This document shows, piece after piece, positions 1 through 12,900 of a stretch of DNA of 46,389 nt; the stretch's first letter is position 1, and each line of letters begins with the position of its first letter. Below the pieces are notes generated by a model. That model did no database searches and was not told the origin of the DNA. It worked only from the letters and a program-made list of their open reading frames with translations. Source of the stretch: Klebsormidium nitens (lineage: Eukaryota; Plantae; Klebsormidiophyceae); NCBI GenBank assembly GCA_000708835.1, contig DF237603.1, forward strand, positions 1-46,389, written 5' to 3'. The position numbers and the translations under genes were made by a program.

Positions 1-140
1 AGACTGGTTGTTGTGCTGTCAAACTCGCGCCTTTCAGGCGGCGACAGTAGTGGTACCGTCGCTATAAGACCCAGCGGACGGTATGAACCATATAGGACTC
101 GTACGGTACCCGGCAGAGCAACCGGGCAGTCTTTGTGACA

Positions 141-280
141 TTAGGGTTAAGTCATAATGCACTGATGGTGTGTTAGGGTCACGCCACTTACTGTGACGGT
201 TTGTTAGGGTCGCGTCCCTTCCCTGTGACTGCTCTCAGATTAGGGTTCCCACTAACGGTTGAGCACTTATTCTTAGGTTT
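141..280 (+). repeat. Degenerate ~33-bp-period array with TTAGGGT cores
   Basis: TTAGGG at 141, 173, 204, 240 and TTAGGT at 273 (spacings 32, 31, 36, 33). Several units also carry a GTGAC word upstream of the core. Confidence 0.6.
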
Positions 281-472
281 CTAGTGTGGTTAGGATTTCC
301 CGGTTGTTCGTACGGAAAAAACACTGCTCGGAAGGCTTGTTGACATGACCGGCGACAGGAACCGTCCGGGTCCGAAATTTCGAAAGGAGTTCACAAGTTT
401 TGTGCCTCTTGCGCCACTGGCCAGTCTCCAAACGGCGCGCGCATGCTATTAGCGCTGTGCGCGCATGCCGTA

Positions 473-498
473 TAGGGTTTAATTAAACATTAGGGTTT
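473..498 (+). promoter_or_regulatory. Two telo-box-like elements (TAGGGTTT = reverse complement of AAACCCTA) upstream of the USP gene
   Basis: TAGGGTTT at 473-480 and 491-498, about 440 bp upstream of ATG 931. The telo-box is an established plant promoter element; function here is inferred. Confidence 0.4.
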
Positions 499-930
499 GG
501 TACACCGTCCGACCGTCCACGAGGAGGAACTTCGGAACGAGCCCATGCCATCCGACGGTACCGAAGCCGCCGTGAACAGCATCTGACGGCCAAGATGCAG
601 CTTGATTTGGTCGTCTGGTCGAACGGTCAAGATCGTCGCTGTAGGATACCCACTGGTACGTACCGCCTTTTGCAGAGTAATAGGTAAAATGTCAAACAGG
701 GAGAGCCCTTTCAACGGTACGTACCGCCTCTGAAGTGGGCAGCAAAAGGCGCCAATGGCTCGGCCATCCCTCACCTTGGTGGCGTTGTGGCGTCTCCTTG
801 CATGATCTGAAATTCTGGACAAGAGTATTTTCGAGGAGCCTGTGGCGGCATGCAGCCCTGCATCTGAAGAGAATGTAGAAAGGGTTTTGCCAGGCTATCG
901 AAAATTGGAGAAAAGATTGAAAGTTTTAGG

Positions 931-3900
931 ATGGATGTCCACGACAATGACGAGACGTGGGACACCGAAATCAACGACAATATCGTGGGCCGGAGTGTGA
1001 GCGACTCCTCGTCCGAGGAGCTGGATGGGGCCCACACCATACTACCAATCAGGGCGCAAGAGCAGGAGGACGACGAGACGATGGACGTCGAGTTGCCGGA
1101 AGCGTTCCCCCGCTATGAGTACAACATTTTTAAGGATGGGCTGAACAAATACCCCGCATGGACGGTGTTTCCAAACCACCTGGCCAAATGCCTGGGGGCA
1201 GCGGCTGCAATTGTGAAAGCGGGCGAGGAGATGACCAGCCCCGACGTGCAGCGGCTGAAGACGCTGTATCAGCAACTAGCCGTGGATGCGTTCGAGAAGT
1301 GCCTCCAGGAGCGGGCGCTCCGGGAATGGCCAGTCACGGTCCAGGAAAATATCTATGCGGCCATAGAGCAGCTGTTGGACTTGTTGGTCGCCAAGCTGCC
1401 GCAGCTGGAGCTCGAGGGGGGTGGCGCAGAGGAGGATCTGCACCCCCTGCTGCAGTGCCTCTCAATGTCATTTGATCGGCACTGCGAGTACCACCTGAAG
1501 CACAGGTATGACGGCGCCGAGGACTTTCTCAAGAAGAGGAAGTCGAATGCCAGCCTGGGGATGAACGAGGCAAGCACGAGAGCGCAGCCACTTGTGGCGT
1601 CCCCTGAGAAGACGCACAATTATGACTGGTTTTGCCATGCGAGGGCAGACTACGTCACCGAGGTTAACGAGTGCACATGTGCTGCATGCTACCCTGGGGT
1701 GTCGCACGTGCTGCTGGCAACCCTGCTCAACCGGTTTGGGGAGAGCAAGTACGGGGACGGGTATGCAGAGATTCTGAAACTGCTGTGCAAAGCCGCCCAG
1801 CTGCTGCTATCCACAATCGAGCGGCTGCTGGAGCCCCTGGCCCTCGCCGCGGAGTTTTTCACCCAGGGCCTCCTGCAGAAGTTTGCGGAGCCCTGCCGGA
1901 ACCTTCTGGAGTATATTGCGGAGCTGCTAGACCATGATCTGGACACGTTCAGCGACAAGACGAAGCAGGGGTCGTACGCGTCAGTGTCACAGATCCTGCG
2001 CCACCTGCGGGGGGTTTTTGGGATGCTGATGTCGTCGGAGGCGGTGGAGCAGCTTGTGAGCCCGGTGCAGCGGAAGCTGGTGGAGCGCATGTTGGGGTAC
2101 CAGTCGTTCAACAAGCAGCTGAGCGCTGTGCGCGAGATCAGCAAGCTGCTGAGCAGTGCCAGGGCAAGTGCACTGAAGTGAGAGGTTCCCCCTTCCCTCA
2201 CGTGCTTTTGTGTTGGCACCACTGACTCTGAAGTTGATTGGCATAGAGGATCTCCTTCAGATACAAGGGATGCATCAGACATCGTCGAGCACATTTACGA
2301 TATTCTGCAATGGTGGTTGAAAGTTGTGATCCACTTTGTGATCAACTCAAGATTAGGGTTAACCAGGGCGCTTTGTTGATGCGAGTACGCTGCTGGTTAT
2401 GCACACTTTTGGAGTGGTGGAGAAGCGCTTTCTAAATCTGGGAACTCAACGGGGCACTCAGAAGTTGGTCTAGGAAATTGCTTGTGTTTGATCAGGGCTG
2501 GCCCAAGGACGTAAACTTATTTGGTCTAGTGGAGCAATTTGATGCTGGCCTTGGTTTTGCGAACAATTCTCACACTCAACCCAGGGCCACTAATAGCATA
2601 AAGGTTGTCAAGAACTCATGTCCCTTCGTCCATAGGAGAGGAAGGGCTTGGAAAGGTGGTTGCTGAGATGAAGGGGATTGGGTTTATGTTCACCAGATAT
2701 GGTTTTTTTTAAGAACACACTGCAGAGAAGGTTAGGACGCAGGTTGTATGGAAGGTTTTTTCCAGTCAACGTCATTGAGAGTTGGAAGCTGGGGAGGCTC
2801 ATCTGCTGGGCCGTTTAAGTTTCACAGGCAGATTGTGCAATCATTATACCGAGCATCATGAATATTGGTTCCCAAGTCTTTCTATAGTATGCACGTTTGG
2901 GGCAGAATAAGAGACCGGACCTTTTGCAAGTTGTTGCAGTAACACTCTGGGGAGTCGGCGAATGCTGTCAAGAAGCTGACTCTGGAGCATCCTTGCAGGG
3001 ACGGTGCTGAGGCTGTGCACTCCACCATAGACTGGCTGGAGAAGAAGGACGTGCTTCGCGTCATCTTACGAAGCCATCTGCACCACAAGCAGTATGTTGA
3101 CCAGGTTGGTGTGACGCTACGCACCTTCTCTAACGGGGAAAATTGTCAGTGGGGATCTTGACCTCGTGAGATCAGGTGGTGAATGGATGATTGATGAGGC
3201 TTTTTGGCAATCAGGCGGGGCTCATTGAAAATTGGTTCGTTCCTCCTGAAGTTCCTCAAATCATCATTATGGCCGTGCATTTTGAAGCAGACTTTAATTA
3301 GATGAAAAACATCGCTTCGAACATCTGGTGTTGTACCACATGTTTGGAACAGTCCCTGTCTCATACCACCTCATCTGTAAGATCTGTTAACACAAACCAA
3401 TCTGGTCACTTAATCGATTTGCTGCAGGCCCCTACTTCTTCACCCTTGCCTGCTCTTTTGCCTGTTTGTTTCAGCCGGTAGAAGGGCGCTGAGCCTCCAA
3501 CTGACTAAGCCATGACAAAATCCTGGTGTCTTACAGGTGAAGATCATCATGAAGTTCCTGCTGCAAGAGCGGCGACTTTCAGAGGAGCACTTGGACGCAA
3601 TCTGGGCGGCAACTGAGAAGCCAGACCAATTCGAGGCCGTAAGCATATCTTCCTCAAGTGTGCTTACATTTTCAATCTTTCTTGGCCTCCTGCTGTTGTG
3701 TGATGTCAACTGCAGCTCACCTGGCCCGGTCTGATCCCGGTATGATCTCTCAGACTCCAAAAAACTTGTATTCAAATCAGAAGGTCAGGAAAGATTTCCC
3801 GCCAAGCTCCTGCTGAGCACGTGCAGACGACCGTGAAAGAGCAAACCGAATGGTGTTTTGCTTGTTTAGCGCATGAGTAGGCTGCGGCACTCAGAGTCAG

Positions 3901-6900
3901 ATCTTGAAAGGTACATGGTGTACAGGGTTCCCTTGGCGCCGGTTGTCAGCGGTTCTGCTTCCCAGGATTGGGAAGTCCGGCCAGCATGCGAACTTCCTTT
4001 TCTTTCCGTGCAGGTCAAGAGCAACATCTTCGAGCTTCTGGCTGACCTGGCCTGGTCCTTCTCAGACATGCAGCTGGACAGTCTCTTCAACCGCTTTGAG
4101 CGAAGCAAGGTAGTGATCTTGATTCTCTTTTAAGCTAGAGAGGGACGAGAAAGAGATTCAAAGTTCTCTCTTGTCTTCCCGGCTTTGCTTCTTGTTTCCT
4201 TCCCGAAGTTCGGCGGATTGACCGACAAGACCAGACGGGCTGAGTGTCTGCTGAAAGCTGGCCTCACGAATCCTCTGATCTTGGTGTGAGAGCCTTCGAG
4301 TTTCACGATTGCATCTCCTGTCACGGTCCTGCTGCTACCTGGCTTGACTCCTTGTCGTTCTTGCAGGATCGCCCGTCGGATGATGTGTTGAAGGTGCTGC
4401 AGCTCATTAAGAAGCTGGCGCGGAGCGACACCAGGGGTGTCATGGCGCACAAGTAGGTGTTTTAACGTTCTAGCCACCGGCTGGCACTATGGACGAGCCC
4501 GATTTTGACGACTCTACCATACAAGAGTGGTGTTCCGGTCTCATGCAATTTAGAAAGCAGAATTTTGCCTTTTGACACTAGTACAACGATAGCAGATACT
4601 GGGCTTGACACTCCCCCTCTTCTCGTGCAGGCTCCTAGAGCTCCTCTGGAACATGCTTCTGTCTGGGGAGGCCCAGGGCGAGATCCTGGAGTCCAACTCC
4701 TTTGTCGAGATCTTGCAATACTACGACTCAGTCAAGCGTGCCGACAAGCAGGTGAGCTTCCGAGGGTTACGTAGCTTTCCTGCTCCTCGCCTCCAAAGAT
4801 CGCACAGTGTCTAGTTTGCGGAGACTCCGATAGTGTGCTCAGTTCCATCACAACGAAACATAGTTATAACACTGGCCAATGACAGAACTTTGGATGGCTC
4901 TAAAGCGGCAGTCAATGAGTTAATGCCTGTTGTGCTGCTTACAAGCAAACGTTTTGGAAATTGAAGGTCAGACGTCTTGCGTGTCAGGTATCTGCGATTC
5001 TGCCATCGAGAGAACTTATGCAAGTTCTCCGTGCGCAGGTGTACATAAAGCGCTGCCTCTCATCCATCGAGAAGGGCCAGGCCGTCCTCCCCTGCCTTTC
5101 CCTGCTGACGAGTATCTTCTTGCAAGACGACACCAACGTGGCCCTTCAGGTACCTCGTCACGAGAGTTGTTGACAATTTTCGTGCATCAATTCAAGGCAG
5201 GGAAATCTCGGGCTGAGGCGTTTTTGAACGGTCGGCCGAAACCGGTCTTACCGCTTCCTTAGAGAGACGGCCGTCGTGACGAAGAGCCCTTCTGAGCAGA
5301 CTCCTTCTGCTGGCGTAGGCTTCCTCGCTAATATGCCCAGTGGCTTCTCATGAACAGGTCTCGATTGTACTGCCACACGGAACTTGCGTTTGACACCCAT
5401 GTGTTTGACACCCTCTTGCGTCGCTCGCAGGGCCAATCCCAGCACTCTCCTCGAGTACAGCACATCAACGAGCTCGAGAAGCAGCACGGGATGGTCAGCT
5501 TGGTAAGGGATTGCTTCATCATTGTGAACTTCATTTCGTCATCATTGCTTCATGAATGTCCACGTAGGCACCATTGATTGTTTGGAACCTGCCAACTTTT
5601 GACTCGCGAGGAGAGTACCTTGTAACCGCTGGACTCTAGACTGTTGCGGAGGACCGATGCCCGAGGTTGCTTCATTGTTGTCGCTTGAAGGTTTCAAAGG
5701 CGAGCTTGAGTCGTTTCGCTGTTGTTGTCTTCAAGGTGTCAAAAGTTAATCGGCGACTCTGACTCATAATGTTTATAAAGACTCGTTTATTTCTGTGGCC
5801 AGGGGATGCACCTAGCCCCGTGGGTTGATGGAGATATGCTCGTTGCTTGTCAAAGCTTCAGTGGAGGATGCCGCATCTGGAGACATAGCCAAGCGATTCC
5901 TTGCTGCTTTGAATGCAGGTCGCAAAGAGTCTCGAGGTGTACATGGCACACGCTCGCTCGCTCGCCCCGGAGCTTCTTGAGGGCGCCAACGGGTCGAAGC
6001 CGGCCCCCGTGGACGGGCAGAAAACGCACGAGGAGCAGATCATGAGCAGGCTCAACTTCATGTTCTTCATATTGAACGTAAGCTTCCCCGTGCATGTGAG
6101 AAGAGGAACTCGGAAGACAGCAGGTTTTGTGATGTTGAGAAGTCGGTGACGCTTTTTTGTGTCCAATAATCGCGCGAAGGTTTCAGGTCTAGAACCTAGA
6201 TTGCAAGTCTTCTGTAGGCGAGAAGCTGTATGAGCGACTTCAGCAATTTTTGCAGAATTTGGGGGTGCCTCCGAGGAAAGTCAAGTCGAACTGAATTCTG
6301 CATCCGGGAGGTCTTCAAAGCCAAGTCGCTTCAAGTATTTCGACCGTTGTTTGATGAGCAGTAAATATACTCTCCGAGACGAAAGCCATTCGTACTAACC
6401 TGTGGCCATTTGTTGCTTGACACAGCTGGTTGAGAAGTTCTGTTGGATACAGTTGAACAGCGCTGTCAGAACAATTTTGGATTTTAAGAAGTGCGTTATT
6501 CACAATATTCATCTAGCTCGCCTAGCTTTCTGTTCTTGTCCTTCTCAACACTTCCCGTGCTGCTTGCTCTGTTTGCAGTGGAGCCAGCACGATCTTTCCT
6601 GGGACGTCGCGGAGCTTATCTGGGAGTGCCTGGTGGTAAAGGGCGCGTGCAAGTCCGACGCGGATCGAGCCATGACCTGGCTCCACCGCCTGCTGTCCAA
6701 GGGGTCTGCTGTCCTCATCTCCGCCGAGGCGCAGTCGAAGCTGCTGCTGCAGAAGATGTCGCAGATCGACCCGGCGGACCTGTCCATGATCGGTTATCAG
6801 TAAGAGATCGAGCACTGCAAAACTTCTCTCGGTGTCTGATTGTGCCGCCCTTTTGCTGAGATGCTTAGGACTTGGGCAAGGGCTGCGCGATTGTCTTTTG

Positions 6901-9900
6901 CTCATAGGGTCGGCGTCAGTGAGAGTGGTCAAGGAGGGGTTGAGGTTGTTTTGAATCTCACTCACTAATGTCATCCGTACGTTCAATTCTGCCCGCAGAC
7001 TGCTTGTTCTGAGAATCTTTTTTAAGTACCTTTGCTGCAGCTTATTGTGTTCGAGATTCTTGATCATCATTGTAACTTCAGCGCGGGATCTATGGTGACG
7101 CTTTTGCGAGGGAGCCTTTTCACCCCACAAGCCTCCATCTGTGTTCGACAGTTACTTTCACCCCACAAGCCTTCCAACTGTGTTCGACAGTTACTTCAAC
7201 CCATTGGTCCTTTCCTCTGACCGGCGTTCACAATCTCTGCAGGTGCTTCCAGCAGCTGTTCCAGCGCGTTAACGTGATTGAGAAGAAGCTCGTCATCGAG
7301 AGCGAGTGTCTGCTGACGGCCGAGCTGGACCTGAGCGGGCTCCAAATTTTGTGGAACATTGCGCTGCTGTCGAAAGAAGAAGCAATTGCAACGCTGGCCA
7401 TCGACTCATTGCGCATGCTCTTCCTCCACCTGTCCTCGGGTCTGCAGGTGCGTTAATACTGATAGCAGTTCATCTCTTTCTTTTTTGTCAGAAGCTCTTC
7501 CGGTTCTCTCCCTTCAAGGCTTGTCTCGTCTTTAAAGTGCAAGTCCTCGCGTCTCGATACCCAGACTTCATCTGATCTGCTTGTTTGCTCTGCTCGATTC
7601 CCTCAAGTCGGCTGAGCAGATTCGTCTGGATGACAAACAGCCTGTGCGCTTAAATCCGCTTTCGGAGTTTCCCCCCTCTAGAGGCACCAGCTATGTCCTT
7701 GAGGCATCGAAATCCTCAATCATGTTCAGTCTTCTAGGCTTTTGGCAATGTTGTGACTACGGAATCATATCCTCAGCATGGGTTGATTTTTCCTTTCCTC
7801 CCTCTTCCAGTCCCGCACTCTCGAGATCCGGAACTCCTTCACGAGCGAAGTCTTCCGCCGTCTGGAGGGCACTCTCGCCGCCGCCGGAGGCCCCACCTTC
7901 GTTCGGCCGCCGGACGCTGTCCAGCTCAGCGAGGCGTTCGAAACCACCGCCCCCAGCAAGGCCCCCGAGAAGATGGACGAGGACGGCGCCAACGCCGCTG
8001 ACACCAGCGCTGACGCCAGCGCTGACGCCAGCGCTGATGTCAGCATGACGCCAGCCGAGGCCCCCTCCACGGGGGAGGCGGGCGGGAGCGAGGCCTTGCA
8101 GGCGGAGCGGTGCCTGCGGCTGCTGCAGGTGTTCATCGACTCGTGCGAGTCGCGGCGCATGAAGCGGACGCCGGTGCACGGGGCCTTCTTTAAGGGCCTG
8201 CCGCTGGACCTGGAGGTGAGCCCAGTGACGGTGAGCGCAGTTTCCAGGCAGCGGGGCTGCTGGTTCTTCCCTTTCTTTTTGATTTTCTGGCGACAAGTGA
8301 TCTGGTTTTCTGCCTTTTGCTTTTGCTATCACCCTCCTTTGAGAGCGTCATAAGCTCCAGAACGCGTTCACAAGCTTCAACATCTGTCTAGAAACAGCGT
8401 CACAAACCGGTCTTGCAATAGGCAGATTTGCAAAAGTCTCTTAATCTGTTTTGAAGATAGTTGGTGTTTCTTGAAGATGGTCGAATGCTGCAGCAATAGA
8501 TGGCCAAGTGTGAGTTGAGGGCCATGGGCGTCAAAGCTTCAAGGTTGTTGGCACTGGTGAACGAAGTAAATGCCAATCATTGGGACACCATTTAAGCAAC
8601 CCCGTGCTATCCTTGCCGCTGCATTGCCCCGCAAGACGAACCATATTCTTTGGCAATCGGACACGAAATAGGAGCATTCAAAATGCGCATCTGGTAACAC
8701 TGTGATACCCAGTCAACCATTCAACCTAGACGAGTTTGATCAGTTTTTGGAAATCTGGGAGACTTCTCAGTCGACTGCCCTTCTGCCTCTTTGGCCACTT
8801 CCTCAGACATGTCTTGTTCTCCCTGCAGCTCATCACCACCATCAAGAACCAGCGCGGCGTCATCTCGTCCCACACGAACGAGTACATTGGCAACCTGCGC
8901 AGCAGGATTGCAGTCAAAATGAGCCAGACCCCGGCTCGTATCCGCCTACTCTCGCGGGGCCGGGAGCTGGTTCACGACGCGCGCTTGGCCCGCCAGGAGA
9001 ACCTCGTCATGGGCGCGCACATCCAGGTGGCGCCGCGCATGCAGGACGACCGGCCGCTGCCGTTTGAGGAGGAGGAGCTCCCGGGGGTGGTGCTGTCCAA
9101 GAAGGAAGAGGTGGGCTCCGAATCGATGCTTTTGGTTCTAGTTTTCTCGTCTACACAAGCTGGTGCTTATTGAAGTAGGTCAGGCTGCAAAGGTCCGACG
9201 TTCGGAAAGGGGGATCAAACGTTCGGAAAAGGGGAGTCGTCGTTGCCAATGAGGAACACGAAATTCTGTCTGGTTCGGCTCCCCTTCGGATTTGTTGTAC
9301 ACCTTAGAAACGTCAACCTCATGGGGTCCTCTTCTCTGACAAGCTTGCTTCTGAGTAGGTCTCAGGAGCGACGGCAGCCTCCATTGCTTTCCAAATATAC
9401 GATTTTACGGGCGACCAAGTTTGCCCCCTCTCTCGTCCCCAAGTTGCCTGGCCGTTGGTTGGTTTTCGCTTTCAATCAACGGTCCATCGCCTCCCTTCCA
9501 TCGTTTGGCTCTTTAACCCGAGCAGAATACTGTGCTCACGCCATACTCTGATTCTGATCCCCCGTTCGCAGGTGTACGAGGTGCTCTTCAAGCTGTGCGG
9601 CTCGAATGCGGCCAAGGTGCGCGAGGGCGCACAGGAGGTGCTCCAATTGCTACCGACGCACCCTGGCATCCTGGCCGACCTGTACTGGATCCTGGAGGCG
9701 AAAACGGCGGACGAAGTGCACGACCTGCTGGACCAGCTGTTCGGCGCGAAGGAACGGCTGCTCTACACGCTCCAGGTAAGTGTTGGTAGGAGGAAGGTGG
9801 TCGTTGTGAGAAGGATCCACACCCGACTTGCTTTCACTTATAGCTCAGCAGATTGGGAAGGTGGCCGGCTGCTTCACGCGCTCCAGGTTTGAGTCTGGAT

Positions 9901-12900
9901 ACTGTTGCCCGGGACTGGTGATGTGTAGCCGAAATGGTCATGAGTTGGCTGCCTTCAAACTCCATGAATCTGGAATAGCTGCTGAGACGACTTTTGTCTG
10001 ATGCTGATAGGCCCAGCCCTTTTGCGCCTTGACCATTGCGAGATTGTTGATATGGATCGTAGGCTGTTTCTGTCTGCAAATTGCCGCCGCCGCCGCCGTT
10101 GCTGCCTTACTCCCCTTGCAAAGCCAGGCACACGTCCAGCCCGTTTGGTTTGCTAGAAGGATTTGCTAAGAGGATGATTGTCCATCCTGCTTACCAACTA
10201 TCCTTTCCTTCCTGCCAGGTCCTCGACGGTGTGCTCCAGCCCGCCAACCGCAAGCTCGACTCCCGCGCCTTCACGATGCGCCAGAAGCTGCTCGACTTCC
10301 GGTGCGAGAGCTACCTCACCGGCGTCTTCGGCGCCGACGCCCTCCCGACGAACCTCGACGCCGCCGCACGCAAGAGCCTCTACATGTCCGCGCTGCGCAT
10401 CCTCCGGCAACTGCTCATCGTTCACAAGACCACGCCCAATATCCCGACTGAGGAACTAGACGCGGATGCGCGCGCAGGCGCGCTAAAGCGCGCCGAGGAG
10501 CGGGCGCGGGTACGCGCCGGGGCGCCCCGGACGCGGGAGGTGAAGCCGGCCGGAATCAACGACGTGCCAGACCTGGTGGTAAAGATGATGCGGCTGACGT
10601 GGGCGATGGCCGTCGGGCAGCCGGCGTTCGTGGCCTCGGACGCGCCGTTCGACTCGTTTCCGGCACCCCCGCCGCAGGAGCCCGAGACGGAGGAGTCGCA
10701 GTGGGCGCCGCCAGACGCCGAGGAGTTCATTTGCAAGTAAGAAATCGGAATATCTCGTCATTACAAAATCTTTTGGCCATAGGGAACACGCAATACGAAA
10801 ACTTGCAGTTGCATCCTTGACAATGCGAATTCTGATTGTTGAATGTGGTGGTCAGAAGCACGCAGTGTATCAGCTTCTTGTGGTCGAAGTTGGCGGCACG
10901 CCGTGCTTCTCCCGACAGCTTCTACAATTCACTTGAGCTCTTTTGGAGCACAGCTCGGATGCCTTGCACGACAGGTCGCAAGAATATGTTCTCTGGGGCT
11001 TTTATTGATGCAATTTTTTTAAATGTCGATACCTATTTGCCTCATGTTCGTTTTGTCCTGGACAGATGGAAATGGCTCTCAATCAGAACGAAGAAGAGCT
11101 CTTCTCAGGGAACTATCTTTTCTTTCTCGCCCAGGGACGGCCTGGACCTCCTCCAAAAGGCCATCGCGACCAGCGAAGAGTCGTCTGCCGCCTTCTACCA
11201 ATCGCCCAACTTCGCCCGCTTCGCCGTGGACATTGTCCTGCGCGCGCCGAACCCCTACATCCGCCACGAGGGCGGCACCTTCCTCTACGGTTCCATCCAC
11301 GACTCCACCAACGTCGCCAAGCAGCTGCACGCAATGATCAACGCGCGCGCGCTCGCGGACACGCTCCCGCGCCAGAGCAAGGAGTTCTGGAACCTCTTCT
11401 GCCGGCTGCTCCTCAAGTGGCCGGACCAGGAGGTCTCGGTGCAACTGCTGAAGGAGGAACTAGTGTGGCTGCAAAACGCGCCGGCGGTAATGGATGAAGA
11501 CGAGGACGAGGGGCTGGAGGGCCACCTGAACGTGCTGCGAACGCTGGTGAAAGCGTTCCCGCGGTACCGCCTGCTCGGTTTGCCGCTGGGGAAGCCGCAG
11601 GGGCACGCGCTGTGTGAGAAGGTGAGGCGAGGCGGCTGGCTCGGGGCTCCGTGTATTCTGACAGGCATGCTTTTACCTGGAAGGGCTTCCTCTTTCAAAA
11701 GGAAGGGTAGAGCACTGGATCCGTTCCCTTGAGGTGCCAATTTGCCCAGGGGAGGCAGATTGTTCTCGCGACAGGGTGTTTAGCTCCATTACTTCCGCTG
11801 ACAATTGAGACTCTGGATTTCTGGTCTCAATGAATTCCGCATCGACCTGGGACGCTGGATTTCAGAGGCGTCGACGTATCCTTAATTTGACGGGTCTTCG
11901 TGCCAATATCAAACCTCATGCCAGCACAGTACTTCCTCTCTGTCGTATCTCGGTGCTTAGCACGTTTGCATGCAACTCCCGACCCCAGACATTCAAAGGA
12001 TTTTGATGTCTGCAGGACCTCCCTAATATGTCTCGCCGTAAGCTGTGCTAACGGGTTACCTTCTTGCCTCTCTTGCAGTTGATTAAGCAGTTCCTCTTCC
12101 CCGAGGCGGTGCTCCTTCAGGGCGACGACCTCGAAACGCCCCGGAGCGCAACCGGCGCCAGCAAGCCGCTGGAGGAGCTGGTCTTGCAGGAGGCAAAGTG
12201 TGGGACGCAAAAGTCGCGCCAGGCCGCGTTTTCGCTGCTCGAGGAGCTCGCGCACGACTACCTCCCCAACTTCCTGGTCATCAAGGACCTGCTGCTCAGG
12301 TGAGGGCGATGATTTTGCTGTGGGGATGTTTTCTTTCAATGACGAGTTGCTTCTGCTGTAGGGATGTTTGTTGAGTCACGCAGCTGCTCCCGAAGCGTTT
12401 GCAGTGGAGCCTTGCAGGACCTATCGCTGAGGTCATCTGCGGTTATGTTCATTCGCTAGGTTGGTCGGAGTTCTCATTTGCGGGCAGGAAAACGGGCACT
12501 TTGAAAGGGGATTGTTTCATTTGCCTTCTCAATCATTTGTTGGCGACAATAATGCTCAAAGTTTCTAGAAGCTTTACATGCTTTTGTCTCAACGCCGCAA
12601 CAGCACAGGGAGTTTTCTACCATTCAACTTCTCCCTGCTTGTTCATATCCGCTTCTTAGGAACCTTCACGCTTCTCAAGCTCATAAGGTTCTGGTTCCGG
12701 AAATCTCCACTGCCTACTATTCGTACGGAACCAGCCGACACAGCCTGCATCGTCCCTGCGTGACGTCCTTCAGAAGATGGCCCCTCAAAAGTCGAAGCGG
12801 TAGGATCGGAGGCACTGTACATTGTTCATTTGAACACGAACAAAAGCCCGGTCCAAACATGTCGAGCAGAACATAACATTCCTGCCATTGTTTGCCCAGG

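Noticed and set aside
6522-7130. 202-aa minus-strand ORF (also 1689-2294, 7757-8332 and 11285-11740)
   Set aside because: These overlap USP exons antisense, as expected from codon bias; no motifs.
11876-11885. GTATCCTTAA resembling a U12-type donor or branch site
   Set aside because: It lies inside an intron already closed by ordinary GT-AG sites; using it would create a 10-nt frameshifting micro-exon.
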